In this document: positions 48,635-64,000 of the stretch, one piece after another | Position numbering within the stretch: position 1 is the first letter of the stretch | Layout of the letters: the number at the start of each line of letters is the position of its first letter | Assembly: GCA_020137815.1 (NCBI GenBank) | Contig: CM035353.1 | Span: 7,812,001-7,876,000, forward strand | Direction: 5' to 3' | Length of the DNA stretch: 64,000 bases | From: Hormiphora californensis | Taxonomy: Eukaryota; Animalia; Ctenophora | Notes under the pieces: generated by a model | The model's input: only the letters and a program-made list of their open reading frames with translations | The model's database searches: none | Told to the model about the DNA's origin: nothing | Made by a program: the position numbers and the translations under genes

Positions 48635-50709
48635 TCTCGGTAAGAAATTGCGATTCGGGGAAATTTCTCGCTTAGAAAATACGATTCGAGAAAACTTTCT
48701 CGGTAAGAAATTGCGATTCGGGGAAATTTCTCTCGCGATTTTGGCATGCTACATATGTAAAATATGTATATATTTTGTGCTAAATTGCGTGAAATAGCGT
48801 GGAAGAATGTTTAAAAACAGTAAAAGTTCGAACAATTATGGTAAATTACCATATAAAACTGTTTTTATTTTTTTATATTTTTTTGTATTTTTTTGTATTT
48901 TTTTGTATTTTTTTGTTTGAGGAAAGCCCTGTTTTTTCCGTACAAACATACAAGAAATAGGTTGGAACCCCCCCGGGGTTCCAACCTATTTTTTTGTACG
49001 GTTTTGTACGGTTTTGTACGGACCATACATAAAAGTATCCGAAATTCCTGTTTTTTTTCCATACAAACAATACAAAAAAATACAAAAAAATACAAAAAAA
49101 TAATGAAGGATGTGGGTGCCTGATAAAAGTATAAATAATACATAGCTGGGTTCCGTTTATGTGCATGTACCACCTATTATATATATATGAACGTTTTTAG
49201 TTCCATTGTCATCCATTTTCCTGCTAAAAGTACATACTAAAAAAGTGTGTAAAAGTACACGTTTTTGAAATTCTAAAAAAAAAGAAATCATTGATTCAGA
49301 TTACCGTTACGATTACGAGAAAATTTTCTCAGTCGGAGATCACTTTCTCGGTACTAATTTCGATTCGGGATAATTTTTTCGGTAAAAATTGCGATTTGGG
49401 GAAATTTTTCGCTTAGAAAATACGATTCGAGAAATTTTTTCGGTAAAAATTGCGATTTGGGGAAATTTTTCGCTTAGAAAATACGATTCGAGAAATTTTT
49501 TCGGTGAGAAATTGGGATTCGGGGAAATTTCTCGCTTAGAAAATACGATTCGAGAAAATTTTCTCGGTAAGAAATTGCGATTCGGGGAAATTTCTCGCTT
49601 AGAAAATACGATTCAAGAAAATTTTCTCGGTAAGAAATTGCGATTCGGGGAAATTTCTCGCTTAGAAAATACGATTCGAGAAAATTTTCTCGGTAAGAAA
49701 TTGCGATTCGGGGAAATTTCTCGCTTAGAAAATACGATTCGAGTAAATTTTCTCGGTAAGAAATTGCGATTCGAGGAAATTTCTCGCTTAGAAAATACGA
49801 TTCGAGAAAATTTTCTCGGTAAGAAATTGCGATTCGGGGAAATTTCTCGCTTAGAAAATACGATTCGAGAAAATTTTCTCGGTAAGAAATTGCGATTCGA
49901 GGAAATTTCTCGCTTAGAAAATACGATTCGAGAAAATTTTCTCGGTAAGAAATTGCGATTCGGGGAAATTTCTCGCTTAGAAAATACGATTCGAGAAAAT
50001 TTTCTCTGTAAGAAATTGCGATTCGAGGAAATTTCTCGCTTAGAAAATACGTTTCGAGAAAATTTTCTCGGTAAGAAATTGCGATTCGGGTAAATTTCTC
50101 GCTCAGAAAATACGATTCGAGAAAATCGAGTACAATCTTTTCTGCTCTGATTGTGACGTGTATTGTACAGATATAATTGTAGTTCCGTGTGAGAAATAGT
50201 GACCGAATGAGAGAGAGGGAGAGAGAGAAGGTGTGAGTATGTGAGAAAGTGAGTAGTATAGTTCTTATTGATATTTAAGTAATTGAGTGATTTATTAACT
50301 AACATTTCTTTTCTATTTATAGCTGATGATGACGTTAAACGTCGAAACCGTCCCGTATTATCTTTCCTGAAATAAATCTCCGAGTCGTCTACAGTCCTAA
50401 ATAAACACTATTTCATTGTATCAAAACTATGCAACTCAAAAACAGCCGATTGGTCAACTTATAGTTATTGATTATGTAAAATATGTCTATATTTTATTGC
50501 TAAATTACGTGAAATAGCGCGGAAGAATGTTTAAAAATAGTAAAAGTTGGAACGAGAATGTTAAATAACTTTACAAAACTGTTTTTATTTTTTTGTATTT
50601 TTTTGTATTTTTTTGTATTTTTTTGTATTTTTTTGTATTTTTTTGTTTGAGGAAACCCGTGTTTTTTTCCGTACAAACGTACACGAAATAGGTTGGAACC
50701 CCCCCCCCC
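48635..50709. mobile_element. Two head-to-tail copies of a poly-G-TIR MITE with an internal 63-bp satellite (partial copy 48635-48974; copy 48975-50709)
   Basis: Junction AATAGGTTGGAACCCCCCC|GGGGTTCCAACCTATT. Subterminal TTTTTTGTAT decamers. Internal unit CTCGGTAAGAAATTGCGATTCGGGGAAATTTCTCGCTTAGAAAATACGATTCGAGAAAATTTT. Confidence 0.8.
50323..50430 (+). mobile_element. Penelope-like 3' fragment with hammerhead-like core
   Basis: CTGATGA-T-GACG-TTAAA-CGTC-GAAA-CCGTC, then TCCTGAAATAAA...CGAGTC as in the 8078 copy. Confidence 0.6.
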
Positions 50710-51032
50710 TATATGGCTATAGCCACTTTGGAATGGTTTAGAGACTTTTCATTGGTGCCATTTTGTAGGCAAAACGAAGTTATGGGGGGTCGACGTCGGA
50801 CTTTTAAGCTCTATCTTCAACCGTTTAGCCGTTATTTGGCTTTTAATATGCTCCAAATTAGCAAAATACGGTAAAAAGCCCGATTTTGAACACCGTTCAA
50901 GCCAAATAACGGCTAAACGGTTGAAGATAGAGCTTAAAAGTCCGACGTCGACCCCCCATAACTTCGCTTTGCCTACAAAATGGCACCAATGAAAAGTCTC
51001 TAAACCATTCCAAAGTGGCTATAGTCATATAG
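50709..51032. repeat. Palindromic element with ~135-bp inverted arms (MITE-like)
   Basis: TATATGGCTATAGCCACTTTGGAATGG ... CCATTCCAAAGTGGCTATAGTCATATA. Confidence 0.75.
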
Positions 51033-51649
51033 CCAAAAAACGGTTATGCGCAAACCTAATTATCCAATTATCTAATTAACCTGATGAGATAGAGACTTAA
51101 TTCCAGCACCTACCCCCACTAATGCGAGGACGCTGATCACTTTAGTGCCCTCGATTTTATCTCTACTCCTATTTTAAGGGTACCTATGGTTTTGGCCTCA
51201 GGCTGAAAACACAGGTACCACGCCCACCCGGAAATGAGGCCTTAGCACCCTCTGCTCAATTTGAGCATTGGTTGGAATCGTTAGAGGGGTCCATTCTGAG
51301 TACAATGGCGTTGGAAAACTCTTGTTACACATTTTTTCCCGGTTTGGGCAAAAATTGTCGTTAAATCCCCTTATTAAAAGACCAAAACGGGGTCTGACGC
51401 CACCAAAACTAATATGGGGCCTAATTTGACAGAAATAGAGGTATAACAGTCGATGTTGGTAATGAAATTATCCTTCCGCGTAACAAACAGTCGATGGGGG
51501 TCGACTATCTCTCAACGCATCTAGATATAGATCTATAAAGTCATGGTGTTGCACTGCACGGAACCCTCCAGCTCAGATTCCTTGTTTAACTAGCCGTACA
51601 GCAAGGATCTAGGAAAGAGGTACTGTCATGTTTCTTTTTAAAATTGGGT

Positions 51650-51691
51650 GGCTTTGAAAAAAGCCTTTTTGCCGTGTTTATAAAACACGAC
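51650..51691 (-). promoter_or_regulatory. Histone 3' stem-loop plus upstream extra hairpin (H2B copy 2)
   Basis: Reverse complement of the H2B copy 1 3' element. Confidence 0.9.
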
Positions 51692-51705
51692 GGGTCATCT
51701 CCAGT

Positions 51706-52080
51706 TTACTTGGAGGTTGAGGAAGTGTACTTGGTCACAGCCTTGGTTCCCTCAGAGACAGCGTGTTTGGAGAGTTCACCGGGCAAAAGCAGCCTGACGG
51801 CGGTCTGGACCTCTCTGGAGGAGATGGTCTTACGCTTGTTGTAGTGTCCCAGTCGAGAGGCCTCTCCGGCGATCCTCTCAAAGATGTCGTTCACGAAAGA
51901 GTTCATGATGGACATGGCCTTGGAGCTGATTCCAGTGTCAGGGTGGACCTGCTTGAGGACCTTGTAGATGTAGATGGAGTAAGACTCCTTCCTCTTCTTC
52001 CTTCGCTTCTTGTCTCCTCCGACACGGCCGGCCTTCTTGCCTGCCTTCTTCTCGGCTTTCTTTCCAGAAACAGGGGGCAT
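51706..52080 (-). CDS. H2B: Histone H2B (second copy; GELSKH instead of GELAKH)
   Basis: Near-identical to 47504-47878. Confidence 0.97.
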   Translation of the reverse strand: MPPVSGKKAEKKAGKKAGRVGGDKKRRKKRKESYSIYIYKVLKQVHPDTGISSKAMSIMNSFVNDIFERIAGEASRLGHYNKRKTISSREVQTAVRLLLPGELSKHAVSEGTKAVTKYTSSTSK

Positions 52081-52471
52081 GTTGAAACTTTGGATTTGGC
52101 GATGTTCAGCTAGAAATTTTGAATTGTTTACAGGGTCGCGAGCGACGATATTTAAACAACATCGGATTTTGTGACGCCAGTGAACCAATGAGAAAGCAGG
52201 GTTTTATAGCCGACCAATGAGAGAAAAGCGCGCGCGAACTGACCCTCTTTCATTGGATACGATGTAATCACATGTCCAATATGGAGTATCCTTATTGGTT
52301 CTCTACAGTGCAATTAGTTGTATCCAATAGAGATGCAGTTTTTTAAAATGAAGCTCTTCCATTGGCTCTTTAAAATCCGACAACATACGTAAATAGCTTG
52401 AAAATTTTTTCACCGAACAAATTCAATTCTTCCGTGTAACATTTAAAACACCCCTACATCAACCTACCTGA

Positions 52472-52858
<387 letters not shown>

Positions 52859-52877
52859 ACCCTCTGATCGGTTTACC

Positions 52878-52922
52878 GCCAGTTTCTCTGGAGAAACTGG
52901 CAAAAAGGTGCTTTTCAGCGCC
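52878..52922 (+). promoter_or_regulatory. Histone 3' stem-loop plus upstream extra hairpin (H2A)
   Basis: GCCAGTTTCTC-TG-GAGAAACTGGC AAAAA GGTGCT-TTTC-AGCGCC ACCCA. Confidence 0.9.
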
Positions 52923-52967
52923 ACCCAAATCCAAAAAGAAACCCTTGAAAGATTCATTGTGAAGGGC

Positions 52968-53419
52968 GGGGGGTAATCATGGTGACTTATCTGACCATTT
53001 AGGGTATGTCACCATCACCATTTTTTGACTAAATATGCGGATTTCGGCTTTGATAAAATTTATGAATTTCCTTAGACCGATATATCCAAAACACTACTAG
53101 CCGATCCGGAATGGCCATGTTAACAACTTATGAACAAATGTATATATTTATTAAGTTGTTAACATGGCCATTCCGGATCGGCTAGTAGTGTTTTGGACCG
53201 CTCCAAAAGTCACGTTGAGGGTGTACCTCCCTCGCCCAATTCATAAAAGCGCAATTAACCACCTGTGACCCCTTAATTACATCCAATCGACTTGAAACAC
53301 ACTGTCCCCCCAGTGTCTCATAACATCATATTATGCCTGTAGGAAGCTCCAGAGAGAATGGTGACAAATGGGTCATGTCACCATCAACATTTGTCACCAT
53401 GATTACCCCCCCCCCCCCC
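52968..53419. mobile_element. Poly-G-TIR MITE with 8-9 bp TSD and an internal palindrome (53085-53197)
   Basis: GGGGGGTAATCATGGTGAC ... GTCACCATGATTACCCCCC. TGAAGGGC at 52960-67 and 53421-28. Confidence 0.75.
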
Positions 53420-53726
53420 TTGAAGGGCAAGTGTTTAGGAAGAAAAAAACAGGATAGGAAGATTTCTCGAATCGCAATTTCTAATCTGAATCGCGATTTC
53501 TTGGCCACGTCGCGCCGCTCTGTTCACGCAATTTCTCGAAACGAGAAAATGATTTCGCATCGTAATATTACGATGCGAAATTTTTTTCTCGAGAAAGTGC
53601 ATTATTTACACGCCCTATTTTGTGCGATGCTAGAGGGGTGCGGACTGCAACGATTTATCAGTGAGATATGGGTCGAAGAGGGTTGAGTTAGGATTTGATA
53701 CGGGGAATTTCTTTTTAGATTTGGGT

Positions 53727-53770
53727 GGCGCTGAAAAGCACCGTTTTGTTGTTACCAAAAGGTAACAACA
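53727..53770 (-). promoter_or_regulatory. Histone 3' stem-loop plus upstream extra hairpin (H3)
   Basis: mRNA sense TGTTGTTACC-TTTT-GGTAACAACA AAAC GGTGCT-TTTC-AGCGCC ACCCA. Confidence 0.9.
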
Positions 53771-53787
53771 GGAGAGTACCTAATTAC

Positions 53788-58499
<4,712 letters not shown>

Positions 58500-58503
58500 T
58501 GTC

Positions 58504-59142
<639 letters not shown>

Positions 59143-59158
59143 TAACCCCGAAACCCCA

Positions 59159-59202
59159 GGTATCGGGCTTGCCCGATACCGAAAAAGGCTTTTTTCAAAG
59201 CC
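59159..59202 (+). promoter_or_regulatory. Histone 3' stem-loop plus upstream extra hairpin (H4)
   Basis: GGTATCGGGC-TT-GCCCGATACC GAAAAA GGCTTT-TTTC-AAAGCC ACCCA. Confidence 0.9.
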
Positions 59203-59536
59203 ACCCAATCTCACAAAAGAACTGATCGTGCACCTCTTTTATTCACACCGGGGGATTGGAACCCAATAAATATGGCTAGTCCTATTTTTTATTAATAGTT
59301 TAACCTTCTGAATATGAACAAAGTTGGTTTGTCTAGCTTTTTGCATAGAACATGGCCAGAGTATAAATGACCATCGTTCAGCTTAGACAAAATTTTTAGA
59401 TCTACAATCTACATGAAACAGTAAATTATGCACGCCACAAATGGATGTAAAAATGAATGGATGTAAAACTGGATTTTGCAATTTTTTGGCTGATGCGATC
59501 CACGGTGGTTGCCATAGCCCCGCCATAGCAGTTGCT

Positions 59537-60469
59537 GGGGGGGTTCCAACCTATTTTTTTGTATTTTTTTGTATTTTTTTGTACGGACCATACATAAAAG
59601 TATCCAAAATTCCTGTTTTTTTCCATAAAAACAATACAAAAAAGTACAAAAAAATACAAAAAAATAATGAAGGATGTGGGTGCGTGAAAAAAGTATAAAT
59701 AATACATGTACATGAACATGAACGGAACCCAGCTATACATAAACGGTAAGAAATTGCGATTCGGGGAAATTTCTCGCTTAGAAAATACGATTCGAGAAAA
59801 TTTTCTCGGTAAGAAATTGCGATTCGGGAAAATTTCTCGCTTAGAAAATACGATTCGAGAAAATTTTCTCGGTAAGAAATTGCGATTTGGAGAAATTTCT
59901 CGCTTAGAAAATACGATTCGAGAAAATTTTCTCGGTAAGAAATTGCGATTCGAGGAAATTTCTCGCTTAGAAAATACGATTCGAGAAAATTTTCTCGGTA
60001 AGAAATTGCGATTCGGGGAAATTTCTCGCTTAGAAAATACGATTCGAGAAAATTTTCTCGGTAAGAAATTGCGATTCGGGGAAATTTCTCGCTTAGAAAA
60101 TACGATTCGAGAAAATTTTCTCGGTAAGAAATTGCGATTCGGGGAAATTTCTCGCTTAGAAAATACGATTCGAGAAAATTTTCTCGGTAAGAAATTGCGA
60201 TTCGGGGAAATTTCTCTCGCGATTTTGGCATGCTACATATGTAAAATATGTATATATTTTGTGCTAAATTGCGTGAAATAGCGTGGAAGAATGTTTAAAA
60301 ACAGTAAAAGTTCGAACAATAATGGTAAATTACCATATAAAACTGTTTTTATTTTTTTGTATTTTTTTGTACTTTTTTGTATTTTTTTGTATTTTTTTGT
60401 ATTTTTTTGTTTGAGGAAACCCGTGTTTTTTTCCGTACAAACGTACACGAAATAGGTTGGAACCCCCCC
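59537..60469. mobile_element. Complete poly-G-TIR MITE with internal 63-bp satellite and 8-bp TSD
   Basis: GGGGGGGTTCCAACCTATT ... AATAGGTTGGAACCCCCCC. CAGTTGCT at 59529-36 and 60470-77. Confidence 0.88.
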
Positions 60470-60902
60470 CAGTTGCTATTGTAACCAAGGAAGTTGCTAT
60501 GGTAACCAAGGCAATTGCTTAGGGGACCCTAGTTGGTTACCAAGTCCTTCAACTCGAGTCACTGGCAATGTGTCATAGTACTCCACCGTAGCAAGGCCAC
60601 CCTTGCCACGGCGGAGTGGTGGACGTGCTGGGGCGCCTAATAAGCGTGTTCGGTGTGGCTCCAGACGCAGCAATCACAAACAGTGTAGTTTGTGTAGACT
60701 TGCTACCACGTCATGGTCATGGCACATGTCATAGATGTAGGGCGGCCAAAGTAAGCAAAAATCAAAACCTAAAAACGTTGCATTGAGCCCAGACGGTTCC
60801 CTCACATTTCAATGTGATTTGTGGACTAATATTAGTGAATTCATGCTCATGTTGTGAAGGAAAGAGAAAAAAAATCGAGGGATTTCTTTGTGGTATTTGG
60901 GT

Positions 60903-60949
60903 GGCTTTGAAAAAAGCCGTTGTTTCTGAAAGCAAAGTTACTTTCAGAA
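60903..60949 (-). promoter_or_regulatory. Histone 3' stem-loop plus upstream extra hairpin (H1)
   Basis: mRNA sense TTCTGAAAG-TAACTTTG-CTTTCAGAA ACAAC GGCTTT-TTTC-AAAGCC ACCCA. Confidence 0.9.
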
Positions 60950-60969
60950 GATGTGAACAATGTCACAGT

Positions 60970-61476
60970 TTACTTCTTAGCCTTCTTGGGGGTAGCCTTC
61001 TTCGCAGTTGGCTTCTTCTTGGCTGCAACAGGCTTCTTCTTCGGGGTAGACTTCTTGGCAGCAGCAGTCTTCTTCTTTGGGGCAGCCTTCTTCTTGGGGG
61101 TAGCAGTCTTCTTGGCGGCGGCTTTCTTGGCAGCAGGTTTCTTGACAGCAGGCTTCTTGGCAGCAGGTTTCTTGGCAGCGGGCTTCTTTACTGCAGCAGC
61201 CAGTTTGAAAGATCCTGAGCATCCAACTCCACTCTTTTTAACAAGAGCTCCAGCCTTGAGACCCCTGAGAAGGGCAGACCTGAGTAGGGATTCGTGCCTA
61301 TCTCCGACCTTGTAGTTGGCAGAGATGTACTTGGAGATGGCAATCTTCGAGCTTCCGGAGCGGTTTGCAAGAGCAGCGATGGCCGCGGCAATCATCTCCT
61401 TGTACTGAGGATGCTCAGAGGGCTTCTTGGGAGCGGCCTTCTTGACCTTGGTTGGAGTAGCAGATACGGGTGCCAT
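60970..61476 (-). CDS. H1: Linker histone H1
   Basis: HPQYKEMIAAAI...RSGSSKIAISKYISANY...GVGCSGSFKL globular domain plus a K/A/P-rich tail. ATG at 61476. Confidence 0.95.
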   Translation of the reverse strand: MAPVSATPTKVKKAAPKKPSEHPQYKEMIAAAIAALANRSGSSKIAISKYISANYKVGDRHESLLRSALLRGLKAGALVKKSGVGCSGSFKLAAAVKKPAAKKPAAKKPAVKKPAAKKAAAKKTATPKKKAAPKKKTAAAKKSTPKKKPVAAKKKPTAKKATPKKAKK

Positions 61477-62459
61477 GATATGTGGTGTTGTATTCGGTGA
61501 AGTTGAAGGTAAACGAGTTGGATTCAAGCTTAGTTGTACAGCCGGGGTCTATTAAATACGCGCGTATTCTACCTTTTTTATCGACGTGTTCTTTGCTTCT
61601 TGTCTTGAATTCAACGCCGCGATGAACGTTCAGACGTAATTAATACACCGGTCAAAAATCACTAATTATGCAATTTATACTGAATTTCAACGTCTAAAAT
61701 TCTTGTTCACAACTAATTAGACAATTTTCTTGGCTACCAAACATTTTTTTTGAAAATCTACCAACATTTCATACCATAATTGCCCTTCTCAAGACACTTA
61801 GTCGTAAATGTATAAAAAATATGTTTGATATCCTGAATTTCTGGAAAAATTTTGATTAATCATTAAATTGATTGGTGAAAGATGTTAAATAGACATTTTT
61901 CTCCCTCCTTACCAAAATTGATGATTATTAATGGCTTTTTTCTTGGGTTTTGGGTGCCTTTTAGAAACCCGACTCTGAAAGAAAAAACGCCGGTAAAATA
62001 TCAAAATTTTTGGCTCGGTTAGAAAACTCATATGCCGTCCTACAGGATGTCTGTTGAAGCCAAAATAACATTGTTTATTCTTTTAACCACCGAAGGGAAG
62101 TTGTAGGGAAAGATAGGGTAAATGGTTTTTTGGGTGTTTCGTGTCAATTTGTTTTAAACCCTGATAGCTGTCCAGTGTCCAGTGTCCCAAGCATTTGCGT
62201 ACAACTACAAGAAAGTGTCTGTTTCAAGAATTATCAGGTAGCCGTGCGAGACCTTCACTAAAAGTAGGGTACATCAGCTACATCTCCCTAGATTCTATAG
62301 AAATAATTAATTGGTTGTAGAATTACATTGATAAATTATACAAATTAAAAACAACGGAAGTTTTTAAGGTATATACACTTGTTTCATGGTGCCTCACGTC
62401 ACGAGGAGGCACCATTACCAATCATCATCTCAATATAATATTATATTTATTTAAATATA

Positions 62460-63304
62460 CAGTCGGATCCCGATTTAACGGCACCCTCGGGGGAAAGGGT
62501 TTTGTCCGTTAAATCGGGGTGTCCGTTAAATCGGGGTAGAGCATATTTGGCCCATAAAACCCTATTTTTGTCCAAAATGCCATACTAAAACACCTCTAAG
62601 TGTTAAATGCAATGTCCATGTATTGATTACATGATCATTCGGGATCATTTCTGATTAGAAAAAGAAAGTAATTTCAAAATAAGTTATAAATTTTTTCTGA
62701 GGTACTATATCAACCACGTCCGAATCGTTTATCGAATCAGTGCATCTTATCGCATGTCTTGCTGCTAATTAGACGAACTGATACGTGATTAGTGATACCA
62801 TGCCGAATCGGGATACTTTAAGCGGGGTGAGGAAGAATTTGAATTTCAAAATATATTTTTCTCTGAAAATTCATGGGGAGCACCGATCAAAGCATTGACA
62901 ATCATTATGTAAAATTTTGCAAAAAAAAGTTATGAAAATTTTTCAAAGGTGTATCAACCACGTCCGAATCGTGTTTCAAATCAGTGCATCTTATCGCACG
63001 TCCTGTCGCTAATTAGACGGTTCGAAAAGAACCGATACGTGATCCCCATGAGGCCAGTTTAACAAGCGTCAAAATTGCGATTCGATGGGCCTCATGGGGA
63101 TCACATATCTGTTCGTTTCGAACCGTCTAATTACCGGCAAGACATGCAATAAGATGCACCGATTCGCAACACGATTCGGACGTGGTTTTTCAAAAAAATT
63201 TCAAAAAAAAAATTCAAAAAAATTCAAAAATTTTGGGGGAAATTTATCCTGCCGTTAAATCGGGGTGCCGCTAAATCGGGGGCCGTTAAATCGGGGTCCG
63301 ACTG
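62460..63304. mobile_element. Tc1/mariner (pogo-like) MITE with TA TSD
   Basis: TA|CAGTCGGATCCCGATTTAACGGC ... GCCGTTAAATCGGGGTCCGACTG|TA. Subterminal CCGTTAAATCGGGG repeats and an internal inverted repeat. Confidence 0.85.
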
Positions 63305-63344
63305 TATAATGTAATATTATTATTATTATTATCTAATTATCTAT

Positions 63345-63870
63345 GGAGGTCGGAGGAACGACCTACTCAATACAGACCAATCTGGGTATAGGGCGGGGCA
63401 TGATTGTTGTGAAACGCTACTTGCTGGAATGTTTAATGACCTGTTGAAGGATTTGGATTCTGGCAAAGTATCGGCCCTTCTGCTGCTTGATATGAGTGCG
63501 GCTTTCGATACTGCACTGTGGATCATTCGAAGCTGATTGGAAATTGGAGGCAAGATTTGGGGTAAGAGGATCTGCGCTTGAATGGTTTAGCAAAAGGACT
63601 TTTAAAGTGAATGTTCGTGGGGAACTCTCGGCGGCGATTGTACTAATCTGTGGAGTCCCACAGGGGTACCTTCTTGGACCTGTTTTATTCTTGCTGTACA
63701 TTGAGGAACTTCAGGATATTGTTCGTCCCTATGGCCTAAGGATCAAACTGTATGCGGACGACTCTTAGATATACTTTGGACTGGTTCCGAGTAAAAAGAC
63801 CCTAGAGGATTGTCTCAAGAATGTGAAAACATGGACGGTTAACTAATGAGGACAAGACTGAGTTTTTACT
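63345..63870 (+). pseudogene. Degenerate non-LTR retrotransposon (L2/CR1-like) reverse transcriptase fragment
   Basis: QSGYRAGH...LLLLDMSAAFDT, GVPQGYLLGPVLFLLYI, LYADD, interrupted by frameshifts and stops. Confidence 0.85.
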
Positions 63871-64000
63871 GTTGGGAAAGACAAGCTAGGGGGATAGTTT
63901 GTATGCAATTTGACAGCCCTAAACCAAGCCATTGACAACATTTTATATTTACCGAAAATGACATTTTAAGATTATTTCGTAATAATTGCTTCAGAGTTCA

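Overview
Gene-dense eukaryotic (animal) genomic DNA with short GT-AG introns. The style (compact introns, nested genes, a splice acceptor just before nearly every ATG) fits a compact non-bilaterian genome such as a ctenophore; this is inference. Genes in order: 3' part of LIN7, PSMC2/Rpt1, a ~19 kb SID-1/SIDT-family locus, inorganic pyrophosphatase (- strand), an intronless GPCR, a tight + strand run of GST-omega, LPCAT3-like MBOAT, COMMD2, KTI12 and MEIG1, then tRNA-Ser(AGA) and a replication-dependent histone cluster (H2A.X-like, H2B, H2B, H2A, H3, H4, H1). The SID-1 locus holds a second, intron-poor SID-1 cassette on the same strand and an antisense Ly6/three-finger gene. Mobile DNA includes an intact Sola-like transposon in the H3 5'UTR, a 3.6 kb foldback element, several MITEs, a tRNA-derived SINE, Penelope-like hammerhead motifs and a decayed LINE. 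Main findings: (1) at least eight introns carry tandem repeats whose unit is the exon/intron junction itself (2 to ~70 copies), so only the copy nearest the exon body gives an intact ORF; (2) the SID-1 locus can be read as shared 5' exons plus two phase-compatible alternative 3' halves; (3) all seven histone genes have a second hairpin, variable in sequence but fixed in position, 4-6 nt upstream of the canonical stem-loop; (4) the transposon separates H3 from its promoter and places its own transposase downstream of that promoter. Exon coordinates were read by hand and have no RNA support.
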